From Candidatus Latescibacterota bacterium (GTDB taxonomy: Bacteria > Latescibacterota > UBA2968 > UBA8231), in the NCBI GenBank assembly GCA_963422735.1, contig OY730476.1, forward strand, positions 320,001-384,000: DNA of 64,000 nt, in the 5' to 3' direction. Shown piece by piece: positions 48,622 through 59,761 of the stretch. Below the pieces are notes generated by a model that saw only the letters and a list, made by a program, of their open reading frames with translations, was not told where the DNA came from and did not search any database. Position 1 is the stretch's first letter, and every line of letters starts with the position of its first letter. Both the position numbers and the translations under genes were made by a program.

Positions 48622-51297
48622 TTGTGCCGACACGGAAACGACCGGCGGCCGCTGGAGGCGGTGATAATGATTATGCGCACATTCTTCCGAGTCTTCCTCT
48701 GGATCGCCTTGCTGTTGTCGGGGCGTCCGCTAGCGGCCGATCTGCCCGACGCCGCCCCTCCGCGCCACTTTTTGCGCCGCCCGCCCCTGAGCGAATACAC
48801 CAATTACGGCGAGGACCTCTACCGGCCCTATCGCCGCGAGATCCGCTTGGCCCCGCGCTACGACTTCCTCGGCGGCTTCCTCGCCGAGGGCTTCCTCGTC
48901 TATGAGTTAGACGAGCAGCGGCCCGGCGGCAGCCGCATCCGCAAGGACCGGCTCTACCGCTCGCTCAACAACCTGATCATCGCCCACGACAGCTACGGCC
49001 CGTGGCGTTGGTCCTTGACCGTGGGCGACGAGGTGCGCACCGAGTTTACGCCGTTGACGTTGCGGCAGGCCGGCTTTAATGGCTTGCGCTGGGATGTGGT
49101 CTTTCCGGCCAACAAAATTACCTTGCTGACCACGCGCGGCTTTGACTCGTCGCTTTTTCCCACGCTCCACAGCTTTTCCGACCCGGTAGCCCAAGGGCGG
49201 GGAACGCTCGTTGACTATTTGGAGCGAACCGAGGAAAACCCGGTGTACAATATCGCCGGCCACTGGCAGACCCGGGTGGGCGATGTGCTGCGCTTTGGCG
49301 CGACCTTTGTCAACCAACACCAAGCCAATACGGCCCGAGGCAGTGCCGGTGGCTTTTTGCGCGGTAGCATTCCCTATCCGGCCATGCAGCCACCGAGCGA
49401 GATTACCGTGCGCGTGCGCGACGACTCGCCGCAAAGCGACGAGGCCGGGGCCATCGCGTACGACATTGTCCTCGAGTTGGAAGGGGAAGGGCCGGAAGGA
49501 GAGGCCACGATCAGCAGCGACCCGGCCGACGACCGCTTTGCGCCGGTGCTGCAACCGCAAGTGTTGGGTGGGCGGCGAGGCGATGGTTTCCGCGAGGTGC
49601 GCGGCGAGGAGGCGGTGGAATACCTATTTGTCGTACCAGAGGATTTCGCGCCGCACCGGGCGCGGGTGCGGGCGGTGGTGGCCAACGACTACCGCATTGA
49701 GGTGGCGCAACAGCACCCCTTTTTCGACGCGCTGCGCAATCAGTTCACCCCGCGCAATACATCCTTTGAGACGCGGGCGCGGGCGACGGGAGAGGTGCGG
49801 GATTTTTCCAACCGCCGGGCCGTGGAGTTTGAACACGGCTTTTCCACTGGGCAGACGATTTTTGGCTTTGACGTGGAGGCCACGTTGGTCGGCCTGAAGG
49901 TGCGCGCCGAATACCAGCGCAACCTGCTCTACCGCAGTTTCCCGGTGCTGCGCGGCCGGCACGGCAGCCAAAAGGCGGCGGGGTGGTACGTCAACGCGCT
50001 CAAGGACGTCGGGCGCTGGGAGGTGGGCGGCGAACTCTTCCATATAGGGCCGCGCTACGGCGGCGGGTACGATAGCCGGCGCGGCGGGGTGCGGCTCTAC
50101 ACGGACTTGGGTGGGGAAAGCCAAGATCGGCAGGTATTGTCCGAGTTTCCCCTGGTTGATGACAACGACGACAACGACCGCTACGCGGACGACAATTTGC
50201 GCGATTATCCCAACGGCCCGGAGACCGAATCCGGCGTCTTCCCCGGGCTAGACGAGGACAACGACAACATTCCGGACGACGACAAAAACGCCAATGGAGT
50301 GCCCGACTTTGAGGAGCCGTTTTTGCTGTACTACTCCGATCCACAGGAGTTTGTCTATGGCATTGACCTGAACAACAACGGCGTTATTGACGAGCGCGAA
50401 AACGACAACAAGCCAGACTATCCCTACGACCGCGACCGGCGGGGCCTGCACGGCTTTGTCGCCCTGCCGCGCTGGCGCGGCCTGTCGGCCGGGGTGGGTT
50501 ACTATCGCCAGGACGAGATCGCCGGGCCGGGCCGGGCGGTGTCGCGCTACGGGCGGGTGTCCTATCGCTTTGACGTGCCGCGGTGGGGGCAAGTCCAGCT
50601 CGACCACGACAGCAAGCGGGTCGAGGACACGGTGCCGGACTCGGTCTATGTCTTCCGCGCCGGCGAGAACAACAATCCGGACCAGCCGCCCACGCCCGAT
50701 GCCTTGCTGATGGCCGACTCGTGGGTGCATACCTCGTTTGTCGGCACCCGGTTTGCGCGGCTGGACCAGCTCCACATTGAAAACAACGCGCAGTGGATCC
50801 TGAACCGGCAGTTGGCGGCTTCGGCCCGCGTGCAGACCTTCACGGTGGTCAACAAGGCCGACTACACCTACGAGTTGGCCCGCCTGCGCGTCCAAGCTAT
50901 GCTCAAGCATCTGTACAAGCACGTCACCGCGAGTGACCGGCGGCGGGCGGTGGAGTCGTGGAATCAGGTTGCGCCCATCCTGCGCGTGGATTGGCGGCTG
51001 ACCGAGAATACGTTGGTGCAATTTGGCCAGCAGGGGATGGGGGTGCCGTTCACGCGCACGTTGTTGCCCGTGCTCGCCTTCCGCTTTATCGACCGAGTGG
51101 ATCGAGAGCGCGAGCTGCGCTCGGCGAGTTCGGTGCTGATGTTCACGGTGCGGGGCACGTACATCGGCTATACAATGGTCTCCAACACCGGAATCGAGCT
51201 GCGCCACGAGGAATTTGCCGACCCGGCCGTGTCGCGGACGCGCGATGGCGGCGTGTCGCGGTTTTTCATCTCGGTTATCGCAGGGTACGATCGCTAA
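48622..51297 (+). CDS. Large secreted/outer-membrane hypothetical protein with acidic Ca-binding-like loops
   Basis: Signal peptide (true start probably near 48668-48674), DDNDDNDRYADD, DEDNDNIPDDDKNANGVPD, DLNNNGVID; beta-strand-rich C-terminus. Confidence 0.6.
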   Translation: MCRHGNDRRPLEAVIMIMRTFFRVFLWIALLLSGRPLAADLPDAAPPRHFLRRPPLSEYTNYGEDLYRPYRREIRLAPRYDFLGGFLAEGFLVYELDEQRPGGSRIRKDRLYRSLNNLIIAHDSYGPWRWSLTVGDEVRTEFTPLTLRQAGFNGLRWDVVFPANKITLLTTRGFDSSLFPTLHSFSDPVAQGRGTLVDYLERTEENPVYNIAGHWQTRVGDVLRFGATFVNQHQANTARGSAGGFLRGSIPYPAMQPPSEITVRVRDDSPQSDEAGAIAYDIVLELEGEGPEGEATISSDPADDRFAPVLQPQVLGGRRGDGFREVRGEEAVEYLFVVPEDFAPHRARVRAVVANDYRIEVAQQHPFFDALRNQFTPRNTSFETRARATGEVRDFSNRRAVEFEHGFSTGQTIFGFDVEATLVGLKVRAEYQRNLLYRSFPVLRGRHGSQKAAGWYVNALKDVGRWEVGGELFHIGPRYGGGYDSRRGGVRLYTDLGGESQDRQVLSEFPLVDDNDDNDRYADDNLRDYPNGPETESGVFPGLDEDNDNIPDDDKNANGVPDFEEPFLLYYSDPQEFVYGIDLNNNGVIDERENDNKPDYPYDRDRRGLHGFVALPRWRGLSAGVGYYRQDEIAGPGRAVSRYGRVSYRFDVPRWGQVQLDHDSKRVEDTVPDSVYVFRAGENNNPDQPPTPDALLMADSWVHTSFVGTRFARLDQLHIENNAQWILNRQLAASARVQTFTVVNKADYTYELARLRVQAMLKHLYKHVTASDRRRAVESWNQVAPILRVDWRLTENTLVQFGQQGMGVPFTRTLLPVLAFRFIDRVDRERELRSASSVLMFTVRGTYIGYTMVSNTGIELRHEEFADPAVSRTRDGGVSRFFISVIAGYDR

Positions 51298-54200
51298 TGG
51301 CTATTTGGCTTCCCTTGGTGCTGGCCGGCTTAGTGGCCGGCAGCCAGTTCGTGACCAATCCAGAGGATTTGGGCAAGCACTTTGTGCGGGCGCAAAAGCT
51401 GTTGGCCACCGGCGATTTTGCCGGAGCGCAGCGAATATACGAGGGCGTGTTGGCCGTGTCGGACGGGGTGCTGATGCGCGCCTCGCACGTGCGCGTGGTC
51501 GTGGATGAGCACGCAGTGGGCGTCCAAGCAGCGGCGCGCTACCAGTTGGCCAACATGGCTCGCAAGCAGGCACAGTTGTGGGAGGAGGAAGCGGCGTTGG
51601 CCGATTCGGCCGGGGCCGATTCGCTGGCCGCGCTGGCCACGGCGTCCTTGCGGGCGGCGGCGGACCGCTTTGCTGTGCTGCGCGATGAGGAGGGGTTTGA
51701 ACTGCGCGAGACTGCGGCGTACCTCGTGGTGGAGTGCTTTTTTGACGCCAAGGAGTATGCGGCAGCAGCCGGGGCTGGGGAAGTGTTGTTGCGCCTGTTC
51801 CCCAAGGGGCGTTATGCCGAGCGGACGCGCTATACCTTGGGATGGGCGTGGTTTTACCAGCAGGAGTACGCGCAGGCGGCGGTGGCCTTTGGGGCATATT
51901 TGCAGGACGCGCCCGCGGGGATGCGGGCGTATCGGGCGCGGTTGCAGATGGGGTTGGCGCTGGAAGCATTGGGGCGGTATGAGGACGCGCTGGCGGCGTT
52001 TGGGGAGTTAGCCGATACCTATGACCCGGCGGATATGGACGATGCGGAAAAGCGGGCGGTGGCCTTGGCCGGATTGCGCCAAGGGCAGTCGCGGCGTACG
52101 CTGGCGGCTAAAGCCTGGATCAAGCGCGGGGATATGCTAAAGGCGTTGGGCCGCTATGGCGAGGCACTGGCCGCGTACAAGAAGGTCAGCCGGGACTTTC
52201 CGCAGGAGCCGCAGCTCGCCGAGCAGGCTTGGGTGCGGCAGGCGCTTTTGGCCCAGACCACACACGGGGTGGAGGCCAGCTTGGAGGTGTATCGCTATGC
52301 TGCGGAGCAGGCCGAGCGGCCGGCTTTTCGGGCGCGGATGCAGGCCGGGCTGATGAGCCTGCTGTTTGACGAGGGCCGCTACGAGGAGGCGCTGGCGGCG
52401 CATCGGCTCTACCTGACAGCTTATGGGGCGTTTGCGGACGCGGCTGGGGTGTCTGTTGACGAGGCTGTGTTCCGCCAGGCCGAGTGCCTGCGGCTGATGG
52501 GGGAAGAGCGTGCGGTCGCCGACAGTGCCCAAGTGTGGTTCGCCGAGGCGCTGGCCCTGTACGGCAAGGTGGGGACGTACTTGGCACCGGAAGCTCTGTT
52601 TTGGCAGGGGACGATCCATCAGACCCTCGGCGACTCAGCCGCGGCCTTAGCGCAGTTTGAACAGGTGATGGCCGGGGAGGCTGCTCCCGAGCTGGCTTGC
52701 CGCGCCCTGTTGCAGATCGCCCGCCTGCGCCACGAGCAGAGCGACGCGCTCTACGAACAGATCTTGACCCAATGTACCGACGAGGAGGTGCGCGGGTTGG
52801 CCGCGCTGGTGCTGGGTCGCCGCTGGCGGCAGGCCGGGCGCAGATCGGAAGCACGCCAGGTGCTGGAGTCCATCGCCCCGAGCCAGCCCCAGTACGCGTA
52901 CGCGCAATTGGAACGGGCGCAACTGTACGTCGAGGAGGGGGCAGCTGATGAGGCCATAGCCCTGATTGCGCGGCAGGTCGCGCAGACGCCGAATGCCGAG
53001 CTTACCGCGCAGTTGGGGCTGTTGTACCAGGGGCGTGGCGAGCACGAGCAGGCCCTGCCGTTGTTGCGCGAGGCTCTGCCGCAATTGGAGGGGGCTACGG
53101 CGGCGGCCGCGCAGGTGGGTTGGGTTGGAGCTTGTACAAGACTGAGCGCTACGAGGCCGCGTGGAAGGAGTGGGAGGCGGCTTGGCAGGCGGGTGTGTTG
53201 GCGGGCGACCAGCGGCGCGCCCTGTTGCAGGCTATGAGCGCGTGTGCCCAGACTTTGGGGGATAGCGGGCGCATGGAAGCGGTCTATCGGGCCATGGTTG
53301 ACAACGAGGCCACCCGCGTCGAGGGCTTGTTGGGGCTGGGGCAGTGGTATTTGGATCAGGATGAGGCCGCGCAGGCTGCAGCCCAAGTTCGTCCCTTGCT
53401 AGCGCAGGAGGATCGCGCATGGCTCCTGCTGGGCCGGGCACTGATGGCCGAGGACAGCTTGGCCGCAGCGCGGGCGGTCTTGGAAGAAGGGCTGGCGCAG
53501 ACATTGACCCCAGAGAAGGCGGCCGAATTCCATTTTGAATTGGGTAGCGTGGCCTTGGGCGAGCGCGATTACGAGGCCGCAGCGCGGGCGTTTGGCGCGG
53601 TCTTGGAGGGAGGGCCGCGCCGGGCGATGCGGGCCGCCGCCCTTTTCTACTTGGGGCACAGCCTCCAGGCGCGGGGCGAACGGGCGGCGGCGCAGGCGGC
53701 CTTTGCGGAGTTGGCCGCGGCCTATCCTGATCAGCCGCAGGTGTCTGAGGCCGAGCTGCTGGTAGGGGAACTGTACTACGAGGAAGAGGAATACGAGCGG
53801 GCGCTGGCGTCCTACGAGCGGGTCTTTGACACCTACCCGCACAGCAAGGACGCGCCCGAGGCTCTGTATGGGGCGGCTTGGTGCCAGTTGGAGCTTGAAC
53901 GCATCGAGCCGATGCGCGACCTGTTTTTGCGCTTGGTGCTCGAGCATCCCCAGCACGAACGCGCCCATCAGGGGCTTATGCACATCGGAGACTACTACTA
54001 CAACGGCCACCAATTCCTCAAGGCGTCGCGGCTCTACGAGCAGGTGGTGGAGCGCTTCCCGGAGACGGCGGAGGCATTGCAAGCGCGCCAGTTGTTGGCC
54101 TATCTGGCAGACGCGAAAGCCGACTCGCTCTACACAGAGGGCATGGCACTCTATGACCAAGGCGAGTTTGTGCGGGCCATCGCGGTGTTGGAGGAGGTCA

Positions 54201-54418
54201 TTGAGCGCTATCCCAACACCCCCAGCGAGGCGGCGGCGTGGTGCAATATCGGGGTTTCTTATTATCAGATGGACAACTGGCGCCTAGCCGCCCTAGCCTA
54301 TGAGGAGGCGATCTCGGCCTTGGAGGGAAGAGAGGAAGAATGGCGCGCCTTGGAGTTTGCCCGCAGCAATCGGGAGATGATCGGCCGCATGTACTTGGGC
54401 GAGGTGGCAGCGGAATGA
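51297..54418 (+). pseudogene. Large TPR (BamD/CpoB-like) protein split by a frameshift near 53120
   Basis: ATG 51297 overlaps the upstream stop; TPR motifs run on across the shift (AAQVG / LGWSLYK); real decay or sequencing error. Confidence 0.7.
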
Positions 54419-55161
54419 AGACTTGGGGATGGGGGATACTTGCGCTGCTCGTGGCGGCTGGCTGCATTCGGTTTCCGCCGGATTTGCGCTACGCGCTGCG
54501 CGTTATGCCGCAGGAGGCCCTGCTGGAGGATGGGCGCTATTACTTCGACCCGGAGGATAGTACCGCGGTCTTTGAGCAGCAAGGCTTTCGCCTCAAGCTG
54601 CGCTACCTAAGCGATCAGGCCCTGAATCGGGAATACGCCCGTTTTACCTTTCGCGAGCCGAATCTGAATCCCTTTACATACGGACGGGATCGCGACTTGG
54701 ATCGGGGCTATGCGCCGCCGCGCTTTACCGTCTTTGAGATGACGGTGGTCAACCAGAGCTATCCCAAGGTGATGGTCGATCCGGCGAAGATGGTATTGCA
54801 CACCGACCGAGGTGGCGAGTACCGATACTGGGGTGTGCTCAAGCGCGACGCGGACAACAGTTTTGAGCACTACTACATGGAGCGGCGCGGCAAGGGCGGC
54901 AATGAAGACTACTACTATCAGGAGCGCATGGGCTTGGTGCGGGAGGCGTTGTTCAGGCGGCACACCTTTGTATTTAAGGGGGACACCTATACCGGCAAGG
55001 TGGTCTTTGCGCCGCTGCACGCCAAGGTGCGGGCGATCACCGTCGAGATGGAGGATATGGTCTTGCGAGTAGATGCCTTCGACCGCCCCAAGGAAGTGAC
55101 GAGCGCCTCGTTTGCGTTTTCGGTGACGCATGAAATCGCCCCAGTGCCGCCAGCGGAGTAG
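54415..55161 (+). CDS. Hypothetical lipoprotein
   Basis: ATGA overlap; MKTWGWGILALLVAAG-C lipobox. Confidence 0.7.
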   Translation: MKTWGWGILALLVAAGCIRFPPDLRYALRVMPQEALLEDGRYYFDPEDSTAVFEQQGFRLKLRYLSDQALNREYARFTFREPNLNPFTYGRDRDLDRGYAPPRFTVFEMTVVNQSYPKVMVDPAKMVLHTDRGGEYRYWGVLKRDADNSFEHYYMERRGKGGNEDYYYQERMGLVREALFRRHTFVFKGDTYTGKVVFAPLHAKVRAITVEMEDMVLRVDAFDRPKEVTSASFAFSVTHEIAPVPPAE

Positions 55162-55391
55162 GGACAAACCATGGTTTGTCCCACAAGTACTTTGGGCGCG
55201 GGTGCGATCGAGTGCGTATCTTTCTGTTTCCTAAGAAGCTGTCTGTTTCACCGCGCCACCCGTTTTCACGGGCGCAGGCAACCCCTCGCGGCCTGTCGCG
55301 CCTGCTTCACCCGCCTAAAGTCGGCGTATATGCGCTCGGGGCGCACCCGGAATTCTCACACAGCTTCTAAAGCAAGAAAAGCACTCCAGCC

Positions 55392-56273
55392 GTGATCCTC
55401 GCTCTGCCAACAGACAAGCTGACGCCGCGCACGGCCGACGAACTCCTCGTAGGGTTCCTCGACTACGCGCACGGGGCCGTGCCCGGGCAGCCCTTGGAGG
55501 TCGATTTGCGCGCCTTGCACTTTATTGATCCCTATGGCTTGGTGGCCTTGTGCTTGATGGCGCGCTACGGGGACTCGCTCTCGTCGCGGGTCGTCTTTCA
55601 CCTGCCCCGCGCTTTTGCCCTGCGCACCTATCTAGGACGGGTGCGGTTCGCCGCGGCCGTGGATGGGGTTGAACTCTCCGGGCCGACGCTTATCGTAGAT
55701 CAGGAGCGGGAAAAGGAAGAGAGCGAGGCCCTGTTGGAAATCACGCGGATTGAGGAGCGAGCGGATATCGAGACCGCGTTGGGCAAAATCGGCCAGCGCG
55801 TAGAGGCGATTCTGGCCGAGGAATTGCGCTACACCGAGGTGGAGATCAATCAGTTCAAAAACGTCGTCGCCGAGCTGTGCCACAACATTCTCGATCACAG
55901 CGAGAATTGGGGCTACCTGACGGCCCAGCGCTACTTGGATTCGCGGGTGGGAAAAAAATACGTGGTCATCGGGGTGGGGGACCTCGGGATCGGGATCAAG
56001 AAGAGCCTGTCGGTGCGCTACGACGCGGCGGATTGGTCGCATGGCACGGCCATACTCAACTCGTTGCAGAAGCACTTTTCCCGCGACGCGACCCGCGGCC
56101 TCGGGCTGTATATCGTCAATCAGATTTGCAACCGCTACAATGGCTCATTGCACATCCGCTCGGGGGATACTCGGGTCTATATTCGCAGTCGGCGGCACTG
56201 GGAACACGCTTCGGTCCACTTTCCCGGCACCCAGATTGCTATCGCGCTCTATCAGCGGGAAGGCGGGCCTTAG
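55392..56273 (+). CDS. STAS-like + HATPase_c (GHKL/anti-sigma kinase-like) protein
   Basis: DLRALHFIDPYGL, ELCHNILDHS (N-box), DLGIGI, GLGLY, GSLHIRSG, FPGTQI. Confidence 0.8.
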   Translation: MILALPTDKLTPRTADELLVGFLDYAHGAVPGQPLEVDLRALHFIDPYGLVALCLMARYGDSLSSRVVFHLPRAFALRTYLGRVRFAAAVDGVELSGPTLIVDQEREKEESEALLEITRIEERADIETALGKIGQRVEAILAEELRYTEVEINQFKNVVAELCHNILDHSENWGYLTAQRYLDSRVGKKYVVIGVGDLGIGIKKSLSVRYDAADWSHGTAILNSLQKHFSRDATRGLGLYIVNQICNRYNGSLHIRSGDTRVYIRSRRHWEHASVHFPGTQIAIALYQREGGP

Positions 56274-56276
56274 CCG

Positions 56277-56411
56277 ATGTTTGGCGAGCGGCACACCCCG
56301 CCGAAGTCCCCGCGCTACGAGCCGTGGCTGCTGTTGGCCCTAGCGGTGGTCATCGCCGGCCTCGCCGTGGCCGTCTACGTGGCGGTGAGCATTCTATTTC
56401 CTACCGCCTAG
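56277..56411 (+). CDS. 44-aa single-pass membrane protein (below ORF-track cutoff)
   Basis: MFGERHTPPKSPRYEPWLLLALAVVIAGLAVAVYVAVSILFPTA; starts 3 bp after the upstream stop. Confidence 0.55.
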   Translation: MFGERHTPPKSPRYEPWLLLALAVVIAGLAVAVYVAVSILFPTA

Positions 56412-56468
56412 CCCCATCATATTGGTATCCGTTGAATTCCGCATCGCTCATTTTGTGGTAGAATTTGC

Positions 56469-56537
56469 TTGACAGCCAGAAAATCTCCGCGTAAGTTTGC
56501 TTAATTGAATACAGTTAAGTTTTTGTTTATTCAATTA
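56469..56537 (+). promoter_or_regulatory. Sigma70 promoter with downstream inverted-repeat operator
   Basis: TTGACA-17 bp-TAAGTT (56469-56497); TAATTGAATA-N16-TATTCAATTA (56502-56537). Confidence 0.7.
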
Positions 56538-56554
56538 CAGGAAAGGCGCGGTTC

Positions 56555-57145
56555 ATGGATCCAGCCGTTGAAGAGCGCGTACAACAGCAGGCCATACACC
56601 AAGCCCCCGCGTACCTGTTTGCGGGCGAACAGGGCATCTTCAGCGGGCGGCCTCGCGGGGCCCAGCTACTTGAAGAATTGATGCAGCACCTGCTCAGCGG
56701 CCCGGCCGACGCGGCCACGCCGCTGGACTTTTCCCGGGTTTCGTTCATGGATGTCTCGTGCGCCGACGAGATGCTCAACAAGCTGCTCTTGCGCTTGGCC
56801 AGCGGCGAGATAGGGCACCGCTACGTCTATATCACCGAGGCCAATATCTCGGTGCGCGAGACTATCGCGGCCGTGTTGCAGCTCCGCGAGTTGGCCGCGC
56901 TGTACAAAGATGGCGAGTACGCCGGGGTGCTCGGGGTGCTCAAGACGCCGATGCGCGAGGTGCTCGACGTGCTGCTAGCGCATAAGTGCGCGACCTCGGC
57001 CGCGATCTCCGACGCGCTCGGCAAAAACATCAACATCGTCTGCAACCGCCTCAACGCCTTGCAACGCCTCGGGTTGGTGTGCCGCCTGCGCGATGGGTCG
57101 GTCGCCGGCGGCGGGCGGCAATTCTACTATGTCTCGATTGTCTAA
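56555..57145 (+). CDS. STAS-like (DUF4325-type) + winged-helix regulator
   Basis: LDFSRVSFMDVSCADE; ATSAAISDAL..CNRLNALQRLGLV..GGRQFYY. Confidence 0.7.
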   Translation: MDPAVEERVQQQAIHQAPAYLFAGEQGIFSGRPRGAQLLEELMQHLLSGPADAATPLDFSRVSFMDVSCADEMLNKLLLRLASGEIGHRYVYITEANISVRETIAAVLQLRELAALYKDGEYAGVLGVLKTPMREVLDVLLAHKCATSAAISDALGKNINIVCNRLNALQRLGLVCRLRDGSVAGGGRQFYYVSIV

Positions 57146-57803
57146 GTGCTTCCTGGGAGCGGCCTTAACCGCTGCCTTGGCCTTGGGAGCCGCGGCGGCC
57201 AAGCTGCGCAGCGACCACACCTTCGTGGTCGAGGCTAGCGTGGAAAATTTTCGCGACGCGCCCAACGGCACCAAGCTGGGCACGTTGCTGGCCGGCACGG
57301 AGATTGAGCAAATCGGCGAGGAGGGCCGCTGGGTGCGCTTCCGCGTCGAAGGCTGGGTTTGGGGACCTTCCTTGGAAGGCTATGTCTCCGAGGAGGAGGG
57401 TCGCGACGCGCCGGAGGAAGAGCCGATCCCGCCGCTGCAAGACCAACGCCCCCGGCTTAAAGAGCTGGTTAACGACCGCTATGGGGTGTTCTACGGGGTT
57501 GGGCTAGACGAGGATGTCGGCCGGCTGTGGCTGCGATTTCGCGTCCGCGACATCGAGCGCGAGGCTTGGGAGCGGCGCGCATTTGCCGTGCAGCGCGGCG
57601 CGGCCGAGTTGTTGCAGGGCCACGTCGAGTTCAGCGCAATCCGCATTGAGACCAACCGGCCTGATGGCAGCGGCGAAGTCGGCCAGTACATCGCTGCGAC
57701 CGCTGCTGCTGACTTGGCCCGCGCCGGCGACGACTGGGCCGCTTGGCGGCAGCACACGCGCTTTTCGATTGATGGGGGCGAAACGTGGGAAGAGGCCGAA
57801 TAA
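57129..57803 (+). CDS. Secreted SH3b-like domain protein
   Basis: Signal peptide; NFRDAPNG..GRWVRFRVEGWVW. Confidence 0.6.
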   Translation: MSRLSKCFLGAALTAALALGAAAAKLRSDHTFVVEASVENFRDAPNGTKLGTLLAGTEIEQIGEEGRWVRFRVEGWVWGPSLEGYVSEEEGRDAPEEEPIPPLQDQRPRLKELVNDRYGVFYGVGLDEDVGRLWLRFRVRDIEREAWERRAFAVQRGAAELLQGHVEFSAIRIETNRPDGSGEVGQYIAATAAADLARAGDDWAAWRQHTRFSIDGGETWEEAE

Positions 57804-57854
57804 ATGCGCGCATCTCGACGGGGCCGCTCTAGGGCTGCTCGCAAGGCTAATGCC

Positions 57855-59090
57855 ATGTTGGATCTGTATTCGGTAAAGACCCAAATAGACGGCATGGTGG
57901 CCGACGAGCGCCGCGTCCAAGAGGACTTTCGCGCCAAGCTCGAATTGGCATTGGCCCAATACCGGCGCTGGCTGCCTGAATGGGAGCGCTTGGCCCGCAA
58001 GATCGACGAGAGCCGCACTTCTTGGCTGTTACCCGGCTTGGGCGAGGGCCTAGGCGGCGGGATCAACCCGCCCGCCCGCCCGAGTACCATCAGCATCGCC
58101 GCCACGGACGGCTCGCAAATTTTTCCCGACCGACACGAGATCTCGGCCTGTTTTCTGATCAATATCGGTTACATTCTGCTGCACTACGGCACTGGCGAGA
58201 AGCCACTGATGAGCAGCAAGCCGCGGCTCTACTACCGAGAGGAGGATATTTACGAGGAATGGGGTGGGGCGCGGGTTTTCGCCAATCGCGAACTCGTCGG
58301 CTTCAAGCGCGGCCTCATGGAGTTCACCGAGTTAGCTGATTTGGCGTTGGCAGCCCGCGCCGAGGGGCATCAGACGCTCGCGCTTTCCGACGGCACGCTG
58401 ATTTTGTGGAACTTGGAGGGCAAGCCGCAAGACTTCCGCGCCGCGCACCTAGAGGCCACCCTAGCGGCGATGGACGAGTTGCGCGAGGCGCGGGTGCCGG
58501 TGGCAGGTTACATCAGCCAGCCGGGGAGCCAAGAATTGATCAACGCGCTCAAGCTGGGCCTGTGTCCGCTTGCAGCGGCCGACTGCGACCGCTGCCCCTA
58601 TCAGGAAGAAAACCAGCTCCACTTTAGCCGCGAAGAAATCGACGCCCTGCAAGCGGACTTGTGGCAGGGCCGCGGCTTGCCTTGCAGCCCCATTGAGGGA
58701 CTGAACGACGCGGTCTTGGTGCGGCAGGTGCTCCGCCTTGGGCAGCGTACGCCGCTCTACCGCAGTGCGTCCAAGATTCTCGCCGAGTACGGGCCGCATC
58801 ACATCTACTACTTCTACCTGCACGTAGGGGCCGAGATCGGTCGGGTCGAAATCCCGGAATGGGTGGCGGCCGACCGCGAGCTGCTCGACTTGGTCCACGC
58901 CTGTCTGTGCGACCAAGCCGAAAAGGGCCAAGGCTATCCGGTCGCCTTGGCCGAGGCACACGAGCGCGCCGTGGTACGCAGCGCGGACCGCGAGACATTC
59001 TATCGCTTTTTGCGCGACACCTTTGTCAAAAACGACCTGCAAACCCGCTTGTCAACAAAGAGTTTCAAGAAGCGCTACACCGGCATTTAG
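57855..59090 (+). CDS. nurA: DNA double-strand break repair nuclease NurA
   Basis: ATDGSQI, SDGTL, RVEIPEW, GYPVALAEAHERAVV; upstream of HAS-barrel and HerA genes. Confidence 0.9.
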   Translation: MLDLYSVKTQIDGMVADERRVQEDFRAKLELALAQYRRWLPEWERLARKIDESRTSWLLPGLGEGLGGGINPPARPSTISIAATDGSQIFPDRHEISACFLINIGYILLHYGTGEKPLMSSKPRLYYREEDIYEEWGGARVFANRELVGFKRGLMEFTELADLALAARAEGHQTLALSDGTLILWNLEGKPQDFRAAHLEATLAAMDELREARVPVAGYISQPGSQELINALKLGLCPLAAADCDRCPYQEENQLHFSREEIDALQADLWQGRGLPCSPIEGLNDAVLVRQVLRLGQRTPLYRSASKILAEYGPHHIYYFYLHVGAEIGRVEIPEWVAADRELLDLVHACLCDQAEKGQGYPVALAEAHERAVVRSADRETFYRFLRDTFVKNDLQTRLSTKSFKKRYTGI

Positions 59091-59102
59091 GGGAGGCCCA
59101 CC

Positions 59103-59759
59103 GTGGAGACCATCAAAGAGCGCGAGCGAGGCCCGCTGAGCCGCTTCCTGCCCGAGTTCCTGCCGCTGTCTGGCGACTCCGGGGACGAGCGAACCTACGT
59201 GGGCGAAGTAGTAGAGAGCAGCACCACTGAGTTGATCGCCCAAGCGCGCGAGCTGCACGGCGCACCTTCCTTTGGTCAGTTCGTGCGCGTGGAGGCCGCG
59301 ATGCCGGTAGTCGGCATTGTGTTCAACGTCTTCACGCACTCCATCGAGCCGAACCGCCGGCCCACGGCCTACGGCAAGACCGAAGAGGAGCTACGCCTAG
59401 AGCAGCCGCAAATTTTCGAGTTGTTGCGCACCGAGTTCCAAGGCCTAGTCATTGGCTATTTGGACGGCGATGAGTCCGTGCAAATCCTGCCGCCGCAGCC
59501 GGCGCGCATCCACAGCTTTGTGCACTTGTGCTCAGACGAGCAAGTGCGGGCCTTCACCCGCACCGACGACTATCTGCGCAGCATTCTCAACACATCCAAA
59601 ATACCCACTGACGAGCTGGTAATCGCGGTGTTGCGCCACACCGTGCGCGCCCACGCCCACGCGCCGTCCTATCTGGTGCAGATGGGCAAGGAGTTGTCGC
59701 GGCTGCTCAGCGACGACTACGACCGGCTCAGCTCGATTATCCGCCGGGTGGTCAACTGA
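59103..59759 (+). CDS. HAS-barrel domain protein
   Basis: GEVVESSTTE, PSFGQFV, LPPQPARIH; position between nurA and herA. Confidence 0.75.
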   Translation: METIKERERGPLSRFLPEFLPLSGDSGDERTYVGEVVESSTTELIAQARELHGAPSFGQFVRVEAAMPVVGIVFNVFTHSIEPNRRPTAYGKTEEELRLEQPQIFELLRTEFQGLVIGYLDGDESVQILPPQPARIHSFVHLCSDEQVRAFTRTDDYLRSILNTSKIPTDELVIAVLRHTVRAHAHAPSYLVQMGKELSRLLSDDYDRLSSIIRRVVN

Positions 59760-59761
59760 CA

